Below are positions 37,061-46,649 of a stretch of DNA of 64,000 nucleotides, piece by piece. The stretch lies in the NCBI GenBank assembly GCA_050872785.1, contig JBNMHO010000004.1:15432-79431 (forward strand). The letters run 5' to 3'. The translations under genes were made by a program, and so were the position numbers. Every line of letters begins with the position of its first letter. Positions within the stretch are counted from its first letter, which is position 1. The notes beneath the pieces are model-generated. The model was given only the letters and a program-made list of their open reading frames with translations, ran no database searches and was not told where the DNA came from. Origin of the DNA: Clostridia bacterium. GTDB taxonomy: Bacteria > Bacillota > Clostridia > Christensenellales > UBA1242.

Positions 37061-37184
37061 AATAATTTTTCTCCTTTTTCTTGTTAATCCTCCCCGAACG
37101 AGCAAAAGTCGGGTTAATCCTTTTGCATCACCCACAATATGTGGGACAAGAAAATTCAATTCGAGTGTGAATTTAAACGCACAA

Positions 37185-37213
37185 ATTATATCACACAAAA
37201 AAAAGTTATGCAA
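37185..37213 (-). promoter_or_regulatory. Sigma-A type promoter (extended -10) of rpsB-tsf
   Basis: Minus strand TTGCAT (37213-37208), 17-nt spacer ending TGA, TATAAT (37190-37185). This gives a leader of about 118 nt. Confidence 0.6.
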
Positions 37214-37273
37214 TAGTTTTTGCACAACTTTTTTATAAAATAATCATATTATCAGCATTATTTATTTTTACGC

Positions 37274-37711
37274 TTAAATAAACAAGTTTTTATTTTCAAG
37301 AAGTTGCCTTTGTTCAAGATCCCGTTGCATTTTTATAGCAAGTTGAAGTTGTTTTTTTCTATAATTTTTAATTGCCTCTTTTATTGCCTTTTCTGCCATA
37401 ACAGCACACTCTTCTTTGCCTTCTGGAAGTTCGCCAATGTCTTCCAAAATATCCTTATGCGAAATATTTGCCACATCGTCAAGACTTTGTCCTTCAATGT
37501 GTCTGCAAGCAATTTCACTTGCGACAATAGCACCAACACAGCCAAATGTTTTAAACTTTGCCCCAACGACCACGTCATTTTCCACTTTGATATAAATTTT
37601 AAAGATTTCTGACCCGTCAGCTGATTTGCATATGCCTATGCCGTTTGAGCCTTTAAGTGTTCCGCTGTGGGTTGGATTTTCAAATATTCCTAGCACTCTT
37701 TCACTATACAT
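37274..37711 (-). CDS. nifU: Fe-S cluster assembly scaffold, NifU/IscU N-terminal-domain type
   Basis: 145 aa with three cysteines in scaffold context (GICKSADG, TFGCVGAIVASE, EECAVMAEKAI). Follows nifS. Confidence 0.85.
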   Translation of the reverse strand: MYSERVLGIFENPTHSGTLKGSNGIGICKSADGSEIFKIYIKVENDVVVGAKFKTFGCVGAIVASEIACRHIEGQSLDDVANISHKDILEDIGELPEGKEECAVMAEKAIKEAIKNYRKKQLQLAIKMQRDLEQRQLLENKNLFI

Positions 37712-37724
37712 TCATCTTTCCCCC

Positions 37725-38894
37725 TTACTTCCTTTTTTGCACCTTAACTGGTGACATTCCTCTGAGGAACGCAACACTTGTTTTCAATGTTTCAACGACA
37801 TAATCAATTTGTTCTCTTGTATTGTCTGTTGCAAAAGAAAATCTGACAGTGCTTTGTGCTTGTTCTGGGCCAAGTCCCATTGCCATAAGCACATGACTTG
37901 GCTCTCTGCTGCCACTTGAGCATGCTGAACCAGTTGAAACGGCAATTCCTTTAAGGTCAAGAAGATTGCTTAACGCTTCACCATTTACACCAGTAAACGA
38001 CAAACTGACCATTCCTGCAACTCTTTGGTGGATATGTCCATTTTGAATAACATCTGAAATTTCCTCCATAATACGAGAAACGAAATAATCTCTCAAACTT
38101 TTGAGTTTTTTGCAGTCGATGATATAGTTGCTTGCAGTAATTTCCATTGCCTTGCCAAAGCCGACAATTGCTGGCACGTTAAGTGTTCCGCCACGCTTGC
38201 CACGTTCTTGCTCACCGCCATAGATTATGTTGTCAATCTTAACACCCTTCTTAACATACAAAGCCCCAACACCCTTTGGCCCATGTATTTTATGTCCACT
38301 CATGCTCATAGCGTCAATGCCAATGTCTTTAACGTCAATTTTAAAGTTGCCAATAGCTTGCACTGCGTCTGTGTGGAAAAGCACATTTTTTTCATGAGCG
38401 ATTGTTGCTATGGTCTTTAGATTTTGAATTGTGCCAACTTCATTGTTTGAAGCCATAATGCTGACAAGGATTGTCTTTTGGTTGATATAGTGAAGCAAAT
38501 CTGCAACACTTACAAGCCCTTTGTCGTCCACTGGAAGATAAGTCACTTCAAAGCCCATTTCTTCAAGTTTTTTGCATGTATCCAAAATGCTGTGATGCTC
38601 TATTGAAGATGTGATAATGTGATTGCCTTTTGCTCTGTTTGCCATTGCAAGACCAAACAAAGCCCAGTTGTTTGCCTCTGTGCCGCCAGATGTAAAATAT
38701 ATTTCCCCACGTTCTGCATTTATAGCATTGGCAACTCTGTCCCTTGCTTTGTCAACAAGTGCTTGTGCGTCACGCCCAAAACTGTGAAGGCTGTTTGCAT
38801 TGCCAAAAGTTTCGCCAAAGGCTGGAAGCATTTCACTTAAAACTTCGTTTGTTACACGAGTTGTTGCTGCGTTGTCAAGATAAATTCTTTGCAT
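37725..38894 (-). CDS. nifS: Cysteine desulfurase NifS/IscS type
   Basis: 389 aa: SGGTEANN, PLP lysine motif SGHKIHGPKGVGALY, active-site loop GSACSSG. Confidence 0.94.
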   Translation of the reverse strand: MQRIYLDNAATTRVTNEVLSEMLPAFGETFGNANSLHSFGRDAQALVDKARDRVANAINAERGEIYFTSGGTEANNWALFGLAMANRAKGNHIITSSIEHHSILDTCKKLEEMGFEVTYLPVDDKGLVSVADLLHYINQKTILVSIMASNNEVGTIQNLKTIATIAHEKNVLFHTDAVQAIGNFKIDVKDIGIDAMSMSGHKIHGPKGVGALYVKKGVKIDNIIYGGEQERGKRGGTLNVPAIVGFGKAMEITASNYIIDCKKLKSLRDYFVSRIMEEISDVIQNGHIHQRVAGMVSLSFTGVNGEALSNLLDLKGIAVSTGSACSSGSREPSHVLMAMGLGPEQAQSTVRFSFATDNTREQIDYVVETLKTSVAFLRGMSPVKVQKRK

Positions 38895-39026
38895 AATAAA
38901 TCCCTTCTTTTATTCTCACATAAATTTTGCCATTTTTTGAACAATTTGTCAATAGTCATTTTGCACAAAAAGAACGAAAATAAATAAAAAAGGAACAAAA
39001 AACATGTTCCCTTGAAAATATTTAAC

Positions 39027-39368
39027 TTATCTAGCCTCTTTAATCTTTGTTGCTTTGCCAGTGAGGTCACGGAGATAAAAGAGTTTTGCACGTCTGACTT
39101 TACCTTTCTTCAAGACTTCAACTTTGTCGATTTTTGGGCTGTGAAGTGGGAAAGTTCTCTCTACGCCAACACCAAAAGACATACGTCTTACAGTAAAGGA
39201 TTCTCTTATGCTTCCATTTCTTCTAGCGATAACAACGCCTTCGTATCCCTGAACTCTTTCCTTGTTGCCTTCTTTAATCTTGTAATAAACTTTAACAGTG
39301 TCGCCAATGTTAAATTCTGGGATATTATCTTTGATATTTTCTTTTTCAATAACATCAATAAGGTTCAT
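39027..39368 (-). CDS. rplS: 50S ribosomal protein L19
   Basis: [10 protein letters not shown]...[34 protein letters not shown] prefer the internal ATG 39368. Confidence 0.95.
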   Translation of the reverse strand: MNLIDVIEKENIKDNIPEFNIGDTVKVYYKIKEGNKERVQGYEGVVIARRNGSIRESFTVRRMSFGVGVERTFPLHSPKIDKVEVLKKGKVRRAKLFYLRDLTGKATKIKEAR

Positions 39369-39484
39369 TTTGTTACCTCCACTTAAATTGCAAGATATGA
39401 TAACACAATGCAATAAAAATTGCAAGCGTTTTTTCAAATTTAGCAAAAACATTTTTCTTGCTTAAAATGATTTGCTTCTCTTTT

Positions 39485-39844
39485 TTACACAATTCCCTCA
39501 ATGTGGTCAATTTTATGGTCCTGTTTTGTTCCCAAAATAGCCACACAATCAAAGCGAATGTCCACCTTATCCATAAGCCCTTTAAGCTTCAGATAAGACA
39601 GTGCCGTTCGCTGCATATGAATGAGTTTATGTTTCGTAATCGCCTCTTGCGGAAGTCCAAACATATCACTCGTTCGCATTTTCACTTCCACAAAAACAAG
39701 AGTATCTTTATCTCGTGCTATTATGTCAATTTCGCCTGTTCTTGAAGAAAAATTTGTTTCAACAATTCTGTAGCCTTTATTTTTCAAAAAGTTGACTGCT
39801 ATTGCTTCGCCAATTCCACCCGTTTGCTTGTTTAAAGTTTTCAT
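39485..39844 (-). CDS. yraN: YraN family (UPF0102) endonuclease-like protein
   Basis: GE.IAVNFLKNKGYRIVETNF..R.GEIDIIARD...LVFVEVK. Confidence 0.88.
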   Translation of the reverse strand: MKTLNKQTGGIGEAIAVNFLKNKGYRIVETNFSSRTGEIDIIARDKDTLVFVEVKMRTSDMFGLPQEAITKHKLIHMQRTALSYLKLKGLMDKVDIRFDCVAILGTKQDHKIDHIEGIV

Positions 39845-39852
39845 TTTTCCCC

Positions 39853-40455
39853 CTAAACAAAGTGTTTTATAAAACTATCTCGGTGAATTTGACATTTGCC
39901 AAACTTTTTTAAAAGTTCGATGTGTTCTTTTGTGCCATAGCCTTTGTGTTTGTCAAAATGATAATTTGGATATTGCTTTGCATATTCCACCATAAGCCTA
40001 TCCCTAAAAACCTTTGCCAAGATTGACGCCGCTGCGATGTTATAACTTCTTGCATCGCCCTTTATTATTCCTTCTTGTGGAATGTCAGTGTCTATGTGTT
40101 CAGCATCAACAAGCACCATTTTAGGCGGAAATTTAAGCCCGTTTAGTGCATTTTTCATGCCAAGTTTGGTAGCTTGCAAAATGTTTATTTTGTCAATAGT
40201 TTTTTCGTCAACTTGTGTTATGCAAAATGTTTTTGCCGTGGCAACAATTTTGTCAAATAACTCATCACGCTTTTTAGGTGTCAGTTTTTTGCTATCATTT
40301 ATGCCAGAGATTATTTTATCTTCCTCAAGTGGCATAATGACACACGCACACACCACAGGTCCAGCAAGTGGTCCACGCCCAGCTTCATCAATGCCAGCAA
40401 TGTCGCCCAAGTGTTTATATTTGTTTTCAAATTCAAACAAATCATATTTTTCCAT
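39853..40455 (-). CDS. rnhB: Ribonuclease HII
   Basis: GIDEAGRGPLAGPVV and DSKKLTPKKR. Confidence 0.94.
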   Translation of the reverse strand: MEKYDLFEFENKYKHLGDIAGIDEAGRGPLAGPVVCACVIMPLEEDKIISGINDSKKLTPKKRDELFDKIVATAKTFCITQVDEKTIDKINILQATKLGMKNALNGLKFPPKMVLVDAEHIDTDIPQEGIIKGDARSYNIAAASILAKVFRDRLMVEYAKQYPNYHFDKHKGYGTKEHIELLKKFGKCQIHRDSFIKHFV

Positions 40456-40465
40456 AGTTCACCAT

Positions 40466-41302
40466 TCAATCCAAAACAATTTTGCCAAGTCTGCCCTTTC
40501 TGAAATCATCCAAAATCATTTTGCCACCTCTGTCGTAGTCAAGTTCGCCTTTTTTTAAAATACAATTTCTGCTGCGACAAATGTCTTCATAAATCTCAAA
40601 CACTTCTTCCTCATCAGAGATTTTGATATTGTATCTCACTTCCAGCTGGCTTTTATACTTTGGCAAAATATCTCTTATAAAATTGAACGCTAGGTCATTT
40701 GTGTCAAGCACTTGGTCTTTAATGCTGCCGATGTATGCAAGATTTCTTGCCACTTTATCGTCTTCAAACGCTGGCCACAATGTCCCTGGGGTGTCAAGGA
40801 GCATAAGTCCACTTTCCGTTTGAACCCATTGTTTGCCCTTTGTGACGCCCGGCCTGTTGCCTGTTTCTGTTTTCGCACGCCCACAAAGGTTGTTTATAAG
40901 TGTGCTTTTGCCAACATTTGGCACGCCAACAACCATTGCTTTTGGAATGTAATCAATTCCCTTTTCGCTCTTTCGCTCTAACTTTTCGCTAAGAAGTTTT
41001 TTTGCCAACAAAAACAGTGGTTTTGCAGAATTTGATTGAATGGCGTTTATTGCAAGAGCCGAGCAATTTTTGCCTTTAAGTTCTCTTTTAAAACGCTCTA
41101 CATCCGCTTCTTCCACCATGTCACATTTGCTCAAAACATAAACAATTTGTTTGTCCTTTGCCACTTGCGAAAGTTTTGGATTGAGGCACGAATATGGCGC
41201 TCTTGCGTCAAGGAGATAGAATATCAAGTCAACATTTTTCAGTTCCTTTTCCATTTGCCTTAGGGCTTTTGTCATATGCCCTGGGAACCATTGAATTGGC
41301 AT
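40466..41302 (-). CDS. rbgA: Ribosome biogenesis GTPase A (YlqF/RbgA)
   Basis: IQWFPGHMTKA and the circularly permuted GTPase motifs (LSKCD, GVPNVGKST). Confidence 0.93.
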   Translation of the reverse strand: MPIQWFPGHMTKALRQMEKELKNVDLIFYLLDARAPYSCLNPKLSQVAKDKQIVYVLSKCDMVEEADVERFKRELKGKNCSALAINAIQSNSAKPLFLLAKKLLSEKLERKSEKGIDYIPKAMVVGVPNVGKSTLINNLCGRAKTETGNRPGVTKGKQWVQTESGLMLLDTPGTLWPAFEDDKVARNLAYIGSIKDQVLDTNDLAFNFIRDILPKYKSQLEVRYNIKISDEEEVFEIYEDICRSRNCILKKGELDYDRGGKMILDDFRKGRLGKIVLD

Positions 41303-41304
41303 CT

Positions 41305-42021
41305 TTACCTCCTACTTTTTGTGTCTGATTGCAGTTTCTTTTGTTTTCGCATAAATTTTCTATACAAATCTGGACGATTTTTCTTTGTAATTTCAAGTGA
41401 CTTTTCAAGCCGCCATTTATCCACTTCCTTGTGATTGCCATCAAGCAAAACTTGTGGTACTTCAAGCCCTTCAAACTGAAATGGTCTTGTCCATTGTGGA
41501 TATTCCAAAAGTCCGTCAGAAAATGACTCGTCAGACGTTGTTTCTTCATTTCCAAGCACATTTGGAATGTATCTTGCAACGCAGTCAACAAGCACCATTG
41601 CTGGAAGTTCCCCACCAGTTAAAACATAATCTCCAATGGAAATTTCCTCATCAACACAAAGGTCAACAATTCTTTGGTCAATGCCTTCATAATGTCCACA
41701 AATGAGAATTAACTCGTCCAATTTTGCCAAATCTTCCACTTTTTCTTGCGATAGGACTTTGCCCTTTGGCGACATATAAATTGTGTGTGACTTGCCTGTT
41801 TTTACGCTTTTTATTGCGTCAAACAGCGGTTGAGGCGTCATAATCATGCCCGCTCCGCCGCCGTAGGAGTAGTCGTCACACCTTTTGTTTTTGTCAAGCG
41901 TAAAATCTCTTATATTTATAACATTTATTTCAATAAGTCCGTTTTTTTGCGCACGGGACAAAATGCTGTGATTGAGTGCATCAAACATTTCTGGAAATAA
42001 TGTTAAAATAGTGATTTTCAC
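41305..42021 (-). CDS. trmD: tRNA (guanine37-N1)-methyltransferase
   Basis: MKITILTLFPEMF, DDYSYGGGAGM, GHYEGIDQR. Confidence 0.95.
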   Translation of the reverse strand: MKITILTLFPEMFDALNHSILSRAQKNGLIEINVINIRDFTLDKNKRCDDYSYGGGAGMIMTPQPLFDAIKSVKTGKSHTIYMSPKGKVLSQEKVEDLAKLDELILICGHYEGIDQRIVDLCVDEEISIGDYVLTGGELPAMVLVDCVARYIPNVLGNEETTSDESFSDGLLEYPQWTRPFQFEGLEVPQVLLDGNHKEVDKWRLEKSLEITKKNRPDLYRKFMRKQKKLQSDTKSRR

Positions 42022-42506
42022 ACCAACACCTCGTCAAGTTTATTTTTGAAAACAACAATTTTCTTGTTTTTGACATCAACAGATTTTATCACTTCGTTTA
42101 GGAAAGGAAAACTTCTAACCCCGCCTTGTTTTAGGATATTTATAATGTAAGCCGAGCCATATTGCTCCACACTTTCAACATATCCAACAAGTTGTTCCGT
42201 TTCGTCAACAACGGCACAGTTTTCAAGGTCAGAAATCAAATATTCCCCGTCTTTCACTGGAATTTGCTCCTTTGGGACAAACAGAGGTATATTTCTAAAC
42301 ATTTCTGCTTGCTCGCAATTTGCAATGTCATCCAAAGTGATATATCCAAAATCTTTGTAATATCTAAACTTCACAACATCGTGGTCGTGACCGTCAATAT
42401 ACACAGTTTTTAGATTGTTCCAAAATTCAAGGTCATGGACGTAAAGAGAAATTTTCATTTCGCCACGCAGACCTTGAGGTTTCAAAATTTTTGCTATTTC
42501 TATCAT
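42018..42506 (-). CDS. rimM: 16S rRNA processing protein RimM
   Basis: IAKILKPQGLRGEMK, a PRC-barrel C-terminus, overlaps trmD by 4 nt. Confidence 0.9.
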   Translation of the reverse strand: MIEIAKILKPQGLRGEMKISLYVHDLEFWNNLKTVYIDGHDHDVVKFRYYKDFGYITLDDIANCEQAEMFRNIPLFVPKEQIPVKDGEYLISDLENCAVVDETEQLVGYVESVEQYGSAYIINILKQGGVRSFPFLNEVIKSVDVKNKKIVVFKNKLDEVLV

Positions 42507-42510
42507 AATT

Positions 42511-42738
42511 TTACTTTATCTTTAAGATATATTTTTTTGATTGTTTGTGAGAAGCCGAATGCAAAATTGATCTGATTGCTTGAGCAACCTTTCCATTTTT
42601 GCCTATCAGTTTGCCCGTGTCTTGCTGAGCAACCTTAACTTCAAAGACAACTGCTGTTTCGTCTTCATGCTTTTCAATTTCAATCGCATCTTTGTCGTCA
42701 ACAAGGCTTTCCACAATAAATTTAAGTAATTCTTCCAT
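42511..42738 (-). CDS. khpA: KH-domain RNA-binding protein (KhpA/YlqC)
   Basis: 75 aa with GKLIGKNGKVAQAIRSIL (GxxG KH motif), between rpsP and rimM. Confidence 0.88.
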   Translation of the reverse strand: MEELLKFIVESLVDDKDAIEIEKHEDETAVVFEVKVAQQDTGKLIGKNGKVAQAIRSILHSASHKQSKKYILKIK

Positions 42739-42765
42739 ACTACACTCTCCTTATATTGTGGTTAA

Positions 42766-43068
42766 TTATTTTTTTGCATCTTTTTTCTTTGGAACAATTT
42801 TCTTTGGTGTGTATGGTTTTGCGTTTTCAACAATACCAGCTTTGACCAAAAGAGTTCTTGCTGTTTCGGTTGGTTGAGCACCATTTTTAAGCCATGTCAA
42901 AGTTTTTTCTTTGTCAAGTTTAAGACCGTTTTCTTCAACAAGTGGGTTAAAATATCCAAGGTTGTCAATAGCCTTGCCATCTCTTGAAGTTCTTGCATCT
43001 GCGACAACAACTCTGTAGAATGGGCTCTTTTTGTCCCCTAGTCTTGTAAGTCTGATTTTAACTGCCAT
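42766..43068 (-). CDS. rpsP: 30S ribosomal protein S16 (Lys-rich C-terminal tail)
   Basis: [31 protein letters not shown]. Confidence 0.95.
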   Translation of the reverse strand: MAVKIRLTRLGDKKSPFYRVVVADARTSRDGKAIDNLGYFNPLVEENGLKLDKEKTLTWLKNGAQPTETARTLLVKAGIVENAKPYTPKKIVPKKKDAKK

Positions 43069-43153
43069 TTTTAATTCTCCTTTATTTTATCTATATTGAA
43101 TATTTTTTTGAAAGCATATTGGCTTGTGCTTTAAAAAAATTGTAAAAAACTAA

Positions 43154-44467
43154 TTAAAATTTAAATTTCTTCATTCCGCCATTTTTCAGTTGCTTCATCA
43201 TAGTCTTTGATTGTTCAAATGACTTTAGAAGTCTGTTGACGTCTTGAATTTGTGTTCCACTGCCTTCGGCAATTCGCTTTTTCTGACTGCCCTTTATGAT
43301 GTCTGGATTTTGTCTTTCCTTTGCGGTCATGCTTTGAATAATTGCTTTATTCCTTTCCATTTCCTTTTCGTCAACAGTTGCACCTTTAAGTTTGCCGCTA
43401 AGCCCCGGTATCATGCCCAAAATGTCGTTTATGTTGCCCATACTTTTCAGTTTGTCCATTTGAACAAGATAGTCTTCAAAGGTAAATGAATTTTCTCTAA
43501 ATTTCTTTTCAAGTTGTTTTGCTTCTTCCTCGCTAACTGCGTTTTGTGCTTTTTCAATAAGTGTTAGCACATCGCCCATGCCAAGAATTCTTGATGCCAT
43601 TCTGTCTGGATAAAATGGCTCAATATCGCCAAGTTTTTCACCCACACCGCAAAATTTGATTGGCTTTTTGACCACTTCTGAAATGGAAAGCGCCACACCA
43701 CCTCTTGTATCGCCGTCAAGTTTTGTAAGGACAACGCCAGTTATGTCAAGTGCTTCGTCAAATGTCTTTGCCACATTAACACTTTCTTGCCCGTTCATGC
43801 TGTCTATTACAAGCAAAATTTCCGTTGGGTTGATATTTTTCTTTAGGTCACGAAGTTCGTCCATAAGTTTTTCGTCAATGGAAAGTCTGCCCGCTGTGTC
43901 CACAATCAACGTGTCATACATTTTTTTGTTTGCATAGTCAATGGCTTCTTTGCAAGTTTTGGAAGGGTTTTGTGTGCCACGTTCAAACACTTCTGTGTTT
44001 ACCGCCTTGCCCACCACTTGAAGTTGATTTATGGCTGCAGGTCTGTAGATGTCACACGCCACAAGCATTGGTTTTTTGCCTTGACTTTTCAAAAATCCAG
44101 CAAGTTTTCCACACATTGTCGTTTTGCCACTGCCTTGAAGTCCACAAAGCATAATAATTGTTGGCAACTGGCTAGACACTGCAAGTTTGCTATTTGTCTT
44201 GCCCATAAGTTCCACCAACTCGTCATTAACAATTTTGACGACTTGTTGCCCTGGGGTTAAGCTTGTAAGAACGCTTTGTCCAAGTGCTTTTTCGCTTACT
44301 CTATTAACAAAGTTCTTTGCCACCAAAAAGTTGACATCTGCTTCAAGAAGCGCAACCCTAATTTCTCTCATGGCTTCTTTAATTTCAAGTTCAGTCAGTT
44401 TGCCACGTTTTGTAAGGTGAGAAAAAATGTGATTGAGCCTTAGTGAAAGATTGGAAAACATTCCCAT
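43154..44467 (-). CDS. ffh: Signal recognition particle protein Ffh
   Basis: GLQGSGKTT, DTAGR, and a methionine-rich M domain (MGNINDILGMIPG). The start could also be ATG 44461. Confidence 0.95.
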   Translation of the reverse strand: MGMFSNLSLRLNHIFSHLTKRGKLTELEIKEAMREIRVALLEADVNFLVAKNFVNRVSEKALGQSVLTSLTPGQQVVKIVNDELVELMGKTNSKLAVSSQLPTIIMLCGLQGSGKTTMCGKLAGFLKSQGKKPMLVACDIYRPAAINQLQVVGKAVNTEVFERGTQNPSKTCKEAIDYANKKMYDTLIVDTAGRLSIDEKLMDELRDLKKNINPTEILLVIDSMNGQESVNVAKTFDEALDITGVVLTKLDGDTRGGVALSISEVVKKPIKFCGVGEKLGDIEPFYPDRMASRILGMGDVLTLIEKAQNAVSEEEAKQLEKKFRENSFTFEDYLVQMDKLKSMGNINDILGMIPGLSGKLKGATVDEKEMERNKAIIQSMTAKERQNPDIIKGSQKKRIAEGSGTQIQDVNRLLKSFEQSKTMMKQLKNGGMKKFKF

Positions 44468-44468
44468 A

Positions 44469-44801
44469 TTACAAAACCTCCAAAATAGAATTTAACTTTG
44501 CCTTGATTTGCTCCTTGTCTGCCCTGCAGTCCAAAAGTTGAGAGCAATCGGAAATTGTAGTTTTTATTTCTTCAAATTTTTCAAGAAGTTTAAGTTTGCT
44601 TTCATAATCTTCAAGCACTCTAAAAGTCCTTTTTACAAGGTCATTTACTGCTTGCCTTGAAATATCAAACTCCTCGGCAATTTCGCTTAGTGAAATGTTG
44701 CTATCCAAAAACATACGAAGCATATTCTGCTGTTTTGAAGTGAGCAGTGGCTCATAAATTTCTGCCAGCAAACTTTTTCTCAAATTATCTTGAATTTCCA
44801 T
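44469..44801 (-). CDS. ylxM: YlxM (UPF0122) putative HTH protein of the ffh operon
   Basis: 110 aa directly upstream of ffh, with HTH LSEIAEEFDISRQAVNDLVKR. Confidence 0.88.
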   Translation of the reverse strand: MEIQDNLRKSLLAEIYEPLLTSKQQNMLRMFLDSNISLSEIAEEFDISRQAVNDLVKRTFRVLEDYESKLKLLEKFEEIKTTISDCSQLLDCRADKEQIKAKLNSILEVL

Positions 44802-44835
44802 ATTCCCTCGTAAAGCATTTTTACTTTACAACACA

Positions 44836-44863
44836 ATTATACCCATATTTTCCCTATTGTCAA
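44836..44863 (-). promoter_or_regulatory. Consensus sigma-A promoter of ylxM-ffh
   Basis: Minus strand TTGACA (44863-58), 16-nt spacer, TATAAT (44841-36). Confidence 0.7.
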
Positions 44864-44928
44864 GCAATTTTTGGAAAATAAATATATTTCTTACAAAATG
44901 GACAATATTTGCCCTGTTTTACATGCTT

Positions 44929-44962
44929 AAAAAAATATATCACCCCAAAAAGAGTGATATAT
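44929..44962 (-). terminator. Rho-independent terminator after the DUF285 surface-protein gene
   Basis: Minus strand ATATATCAC-TCTTTTTGGG-GTGATATAT followed by T6. Confidence 0.75.
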
Positions 44963-44979
44963 TTATGTTTATAATTTCC

Positions 44980-46371
44980 TTATGCTTTCTTTGTTATTGT
45001 CACTTTGTTTGTTTCAGTTGAGCAGTTGGAACCATCAACCATTGTATATTTCTTTCCTTCAGAATCAACATAAGTGCCATTTAAATAAATTCCAGCGCTA
45101 TAAAGAAGGTCAGCTTCTAATGGAACATTGTATGGAAGAACAATTGTTGCTAGTTTGTTACAATTATCAAAAACATTTCCTTCTCCTGGCCCAGTCGTTT
45201 TTTCAAGCGATTTTAGGTCGAAATTTCCCAAATTTAATGATTCTAGTGCAGACATTCCTTGGAACATTGCCACAATATCTGTGACATTGCTTGAATCAAA
45301 GCGGCTTACATCTAAATCTTTTAATTTAGAACAATATCTGAACATAGAATTAAAATCATTCATCAAACTTGTATCAAAGTTGCTTAAATCCAATGTCAAA
45401 AGCCCTGTAAATCCTTGGAAAATACAACCAGCGCCATTGGTTGCAGTTGAACCATAAATTGTTGACGGTGAGTAAATAACAATTTCTGTCTTTGAGCTGT
45501 TGTAATAAGCGGTTATATCTTGCACAGAATCACTTTGGACATAATTGTCTTTGCCATCTGTGTATGTTGGTGTATTTGAACCAACAGAGACACCAGTCCA
45601 GCCATTTGGAATGTCTGATTCATTTTTTGTAAGCTTTATTGAAGTTACATTTCCTTGGTTATTATAATCCAAACCGACTTTTGTTACCCAGCCAGATGAA
45701 AGATAAGATTTTGCAACGGAATATTTGTTTGCTGTAAGAGTAAAAGTAAATTTATTTGAACTATCTGCGTCATAATTCCCAGCAGATCCTGGTGTAATTT
45801 CAATAAGCATATAGACATAAGCAGATTGATTTTGTCTTACAAGTGTGCTTGTTGTTGCAAGAGCGTCATTTTCAATTCCATTACTTTTAATTGCTGCTTC
45901 TTTTTCAGCAACAGTCTTTGATGAAAGGTCACCGAAGTAATATTTTCTTGTAACCTTTCCCTTAATTACCCCATTGTCAGTTAGTTTAACATTTATTCCT
46001 CTTCCTGTGGTATCAGTTTCTGGGTCTGCGTTATTATTTGTAAACTTAAATTCAAACACAACATATGTATCGCTATCATTTAATAATAGAGATCCATCAC
46101 TGGCATTAAGAGTTCTATCCTCAGCACTCCCGCCATATTCAAAATTCAACACACCATTGTTCCCACCAATAAATGGAGTAGCAGCGGCGTCAGTTGTTTT
46201 TTGATAGTTTGCACTCATTGAACCTACAACATTGTCAAGTGGATTGTATGAAACAGATAAATTTGTTTTTATGCCAACTTGTGTTGCAGCCAACGCCCAA
46301 AAAATTGCCCCTATTCCACCACCAACAACTAGGCAACAAGCAACAATAAGTGCTATCACTTTCTTTTTCAT
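44980..46371 (-). CDS. Secreted or membrane-anchored surface protein with C-terminal DUF285-type (BspA-like) leucine-rich repeats
   Basis: 463 aa with an N-terminal signal/anchor (KKKVIALIVACCLVVGGGIGAIFWALAA). C-terminal repeats LDLSNFDTSLMNDFNSMFRYCSKLKDLDVSRFDSSNVTDIVAMFQGMSALESLNLGNFD. Confidence 0.75.
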   Translation of the reverse strand: MKKKVIALIVACCLVVGGGIGAIFWALAATQVGIKTNLSVSYNPLDNVVGSMSANYQKTTDAAATPFIGGNNGVLNFEYGGSAEDRTLNASDGSLLLNDSDTYVVFEFKFTNNNADPETDTTGRGINVKLTDNGVIKGKVTRKYYFGDLSSKTVAEKEAAIKSNGIENDALATTSTLVRQNQSAYVYMLIEITPGSAGNYDADSSNKFTFTLTANKYSVAKSYLSSGWVTKVGLDYNNQGNVTSIKLTKNESDIPNGWTGVSVGSNTPTYTDGKDNYVQSDSVQDITAYYNSSKTEIVIYSPSTIYGSTATNGAGCIFQGFTGLLTLDLSNFDTSLMNDFNSMFRYCSKLKDLDVSRFDSSNVTDIVAMFQGMSALESLNLGNFDLKSLEKTTGPGEGNVFDNCNKLATIVLPYNVPLEADLLYSAGIYLNGTYVDSEGKKYTMVDGSNCSTETNKVTITKKA

Positions 46372-46640
46372 AATTTTTTCTCCTTTTTAAATTTGATTTC
46401 TCCTTGCAATAAAGACTTTCGATAAACAAATTGACATTGCACACTAACATGACAATATGAATTTCAAAATAATAAATTACTCGGAATGAACAACCTTTAT
46501 TAAAACTAGAATTCCAACTTTACACACTTTTATTCAGATAACAAAAAATTCTCGTGATTTCTTACGAGTAAAGTTTGCTATTTAATATATGGTTTTTAGC
46601 CCTTTAAATAGGTTTGATTCGTTGCCTTTCTTGAGAGATA

Positions 46641-46649
46641 CCCCCCCCC
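46641..46649. repeat. Homopolymeric C9 (G9 on the minus strand) tract
   Basis: Direct count: nine consecutive C at 46641-46649, in sequence that is otherwise about 30% GC. Confidence 0.95.

Noticed and set aside
37061-37225. N-terminal extensions given by the ORF track for rpsB. The same issue affects ntpA (16715-16747), ntpF (17037-17090), ntpE (18555-18617), rplS (39369-39452), ruvX (35463-35522), ftsY (56413-56463), trmFO (50442-50489), trxA, plsX and the PepD-like gene.
   Set aside because: In each case an internal ATG preceded by a good GGAG-type RBS matches the conserved N-terminus of the family. The longer version overlaps the upstream gene or its leader.
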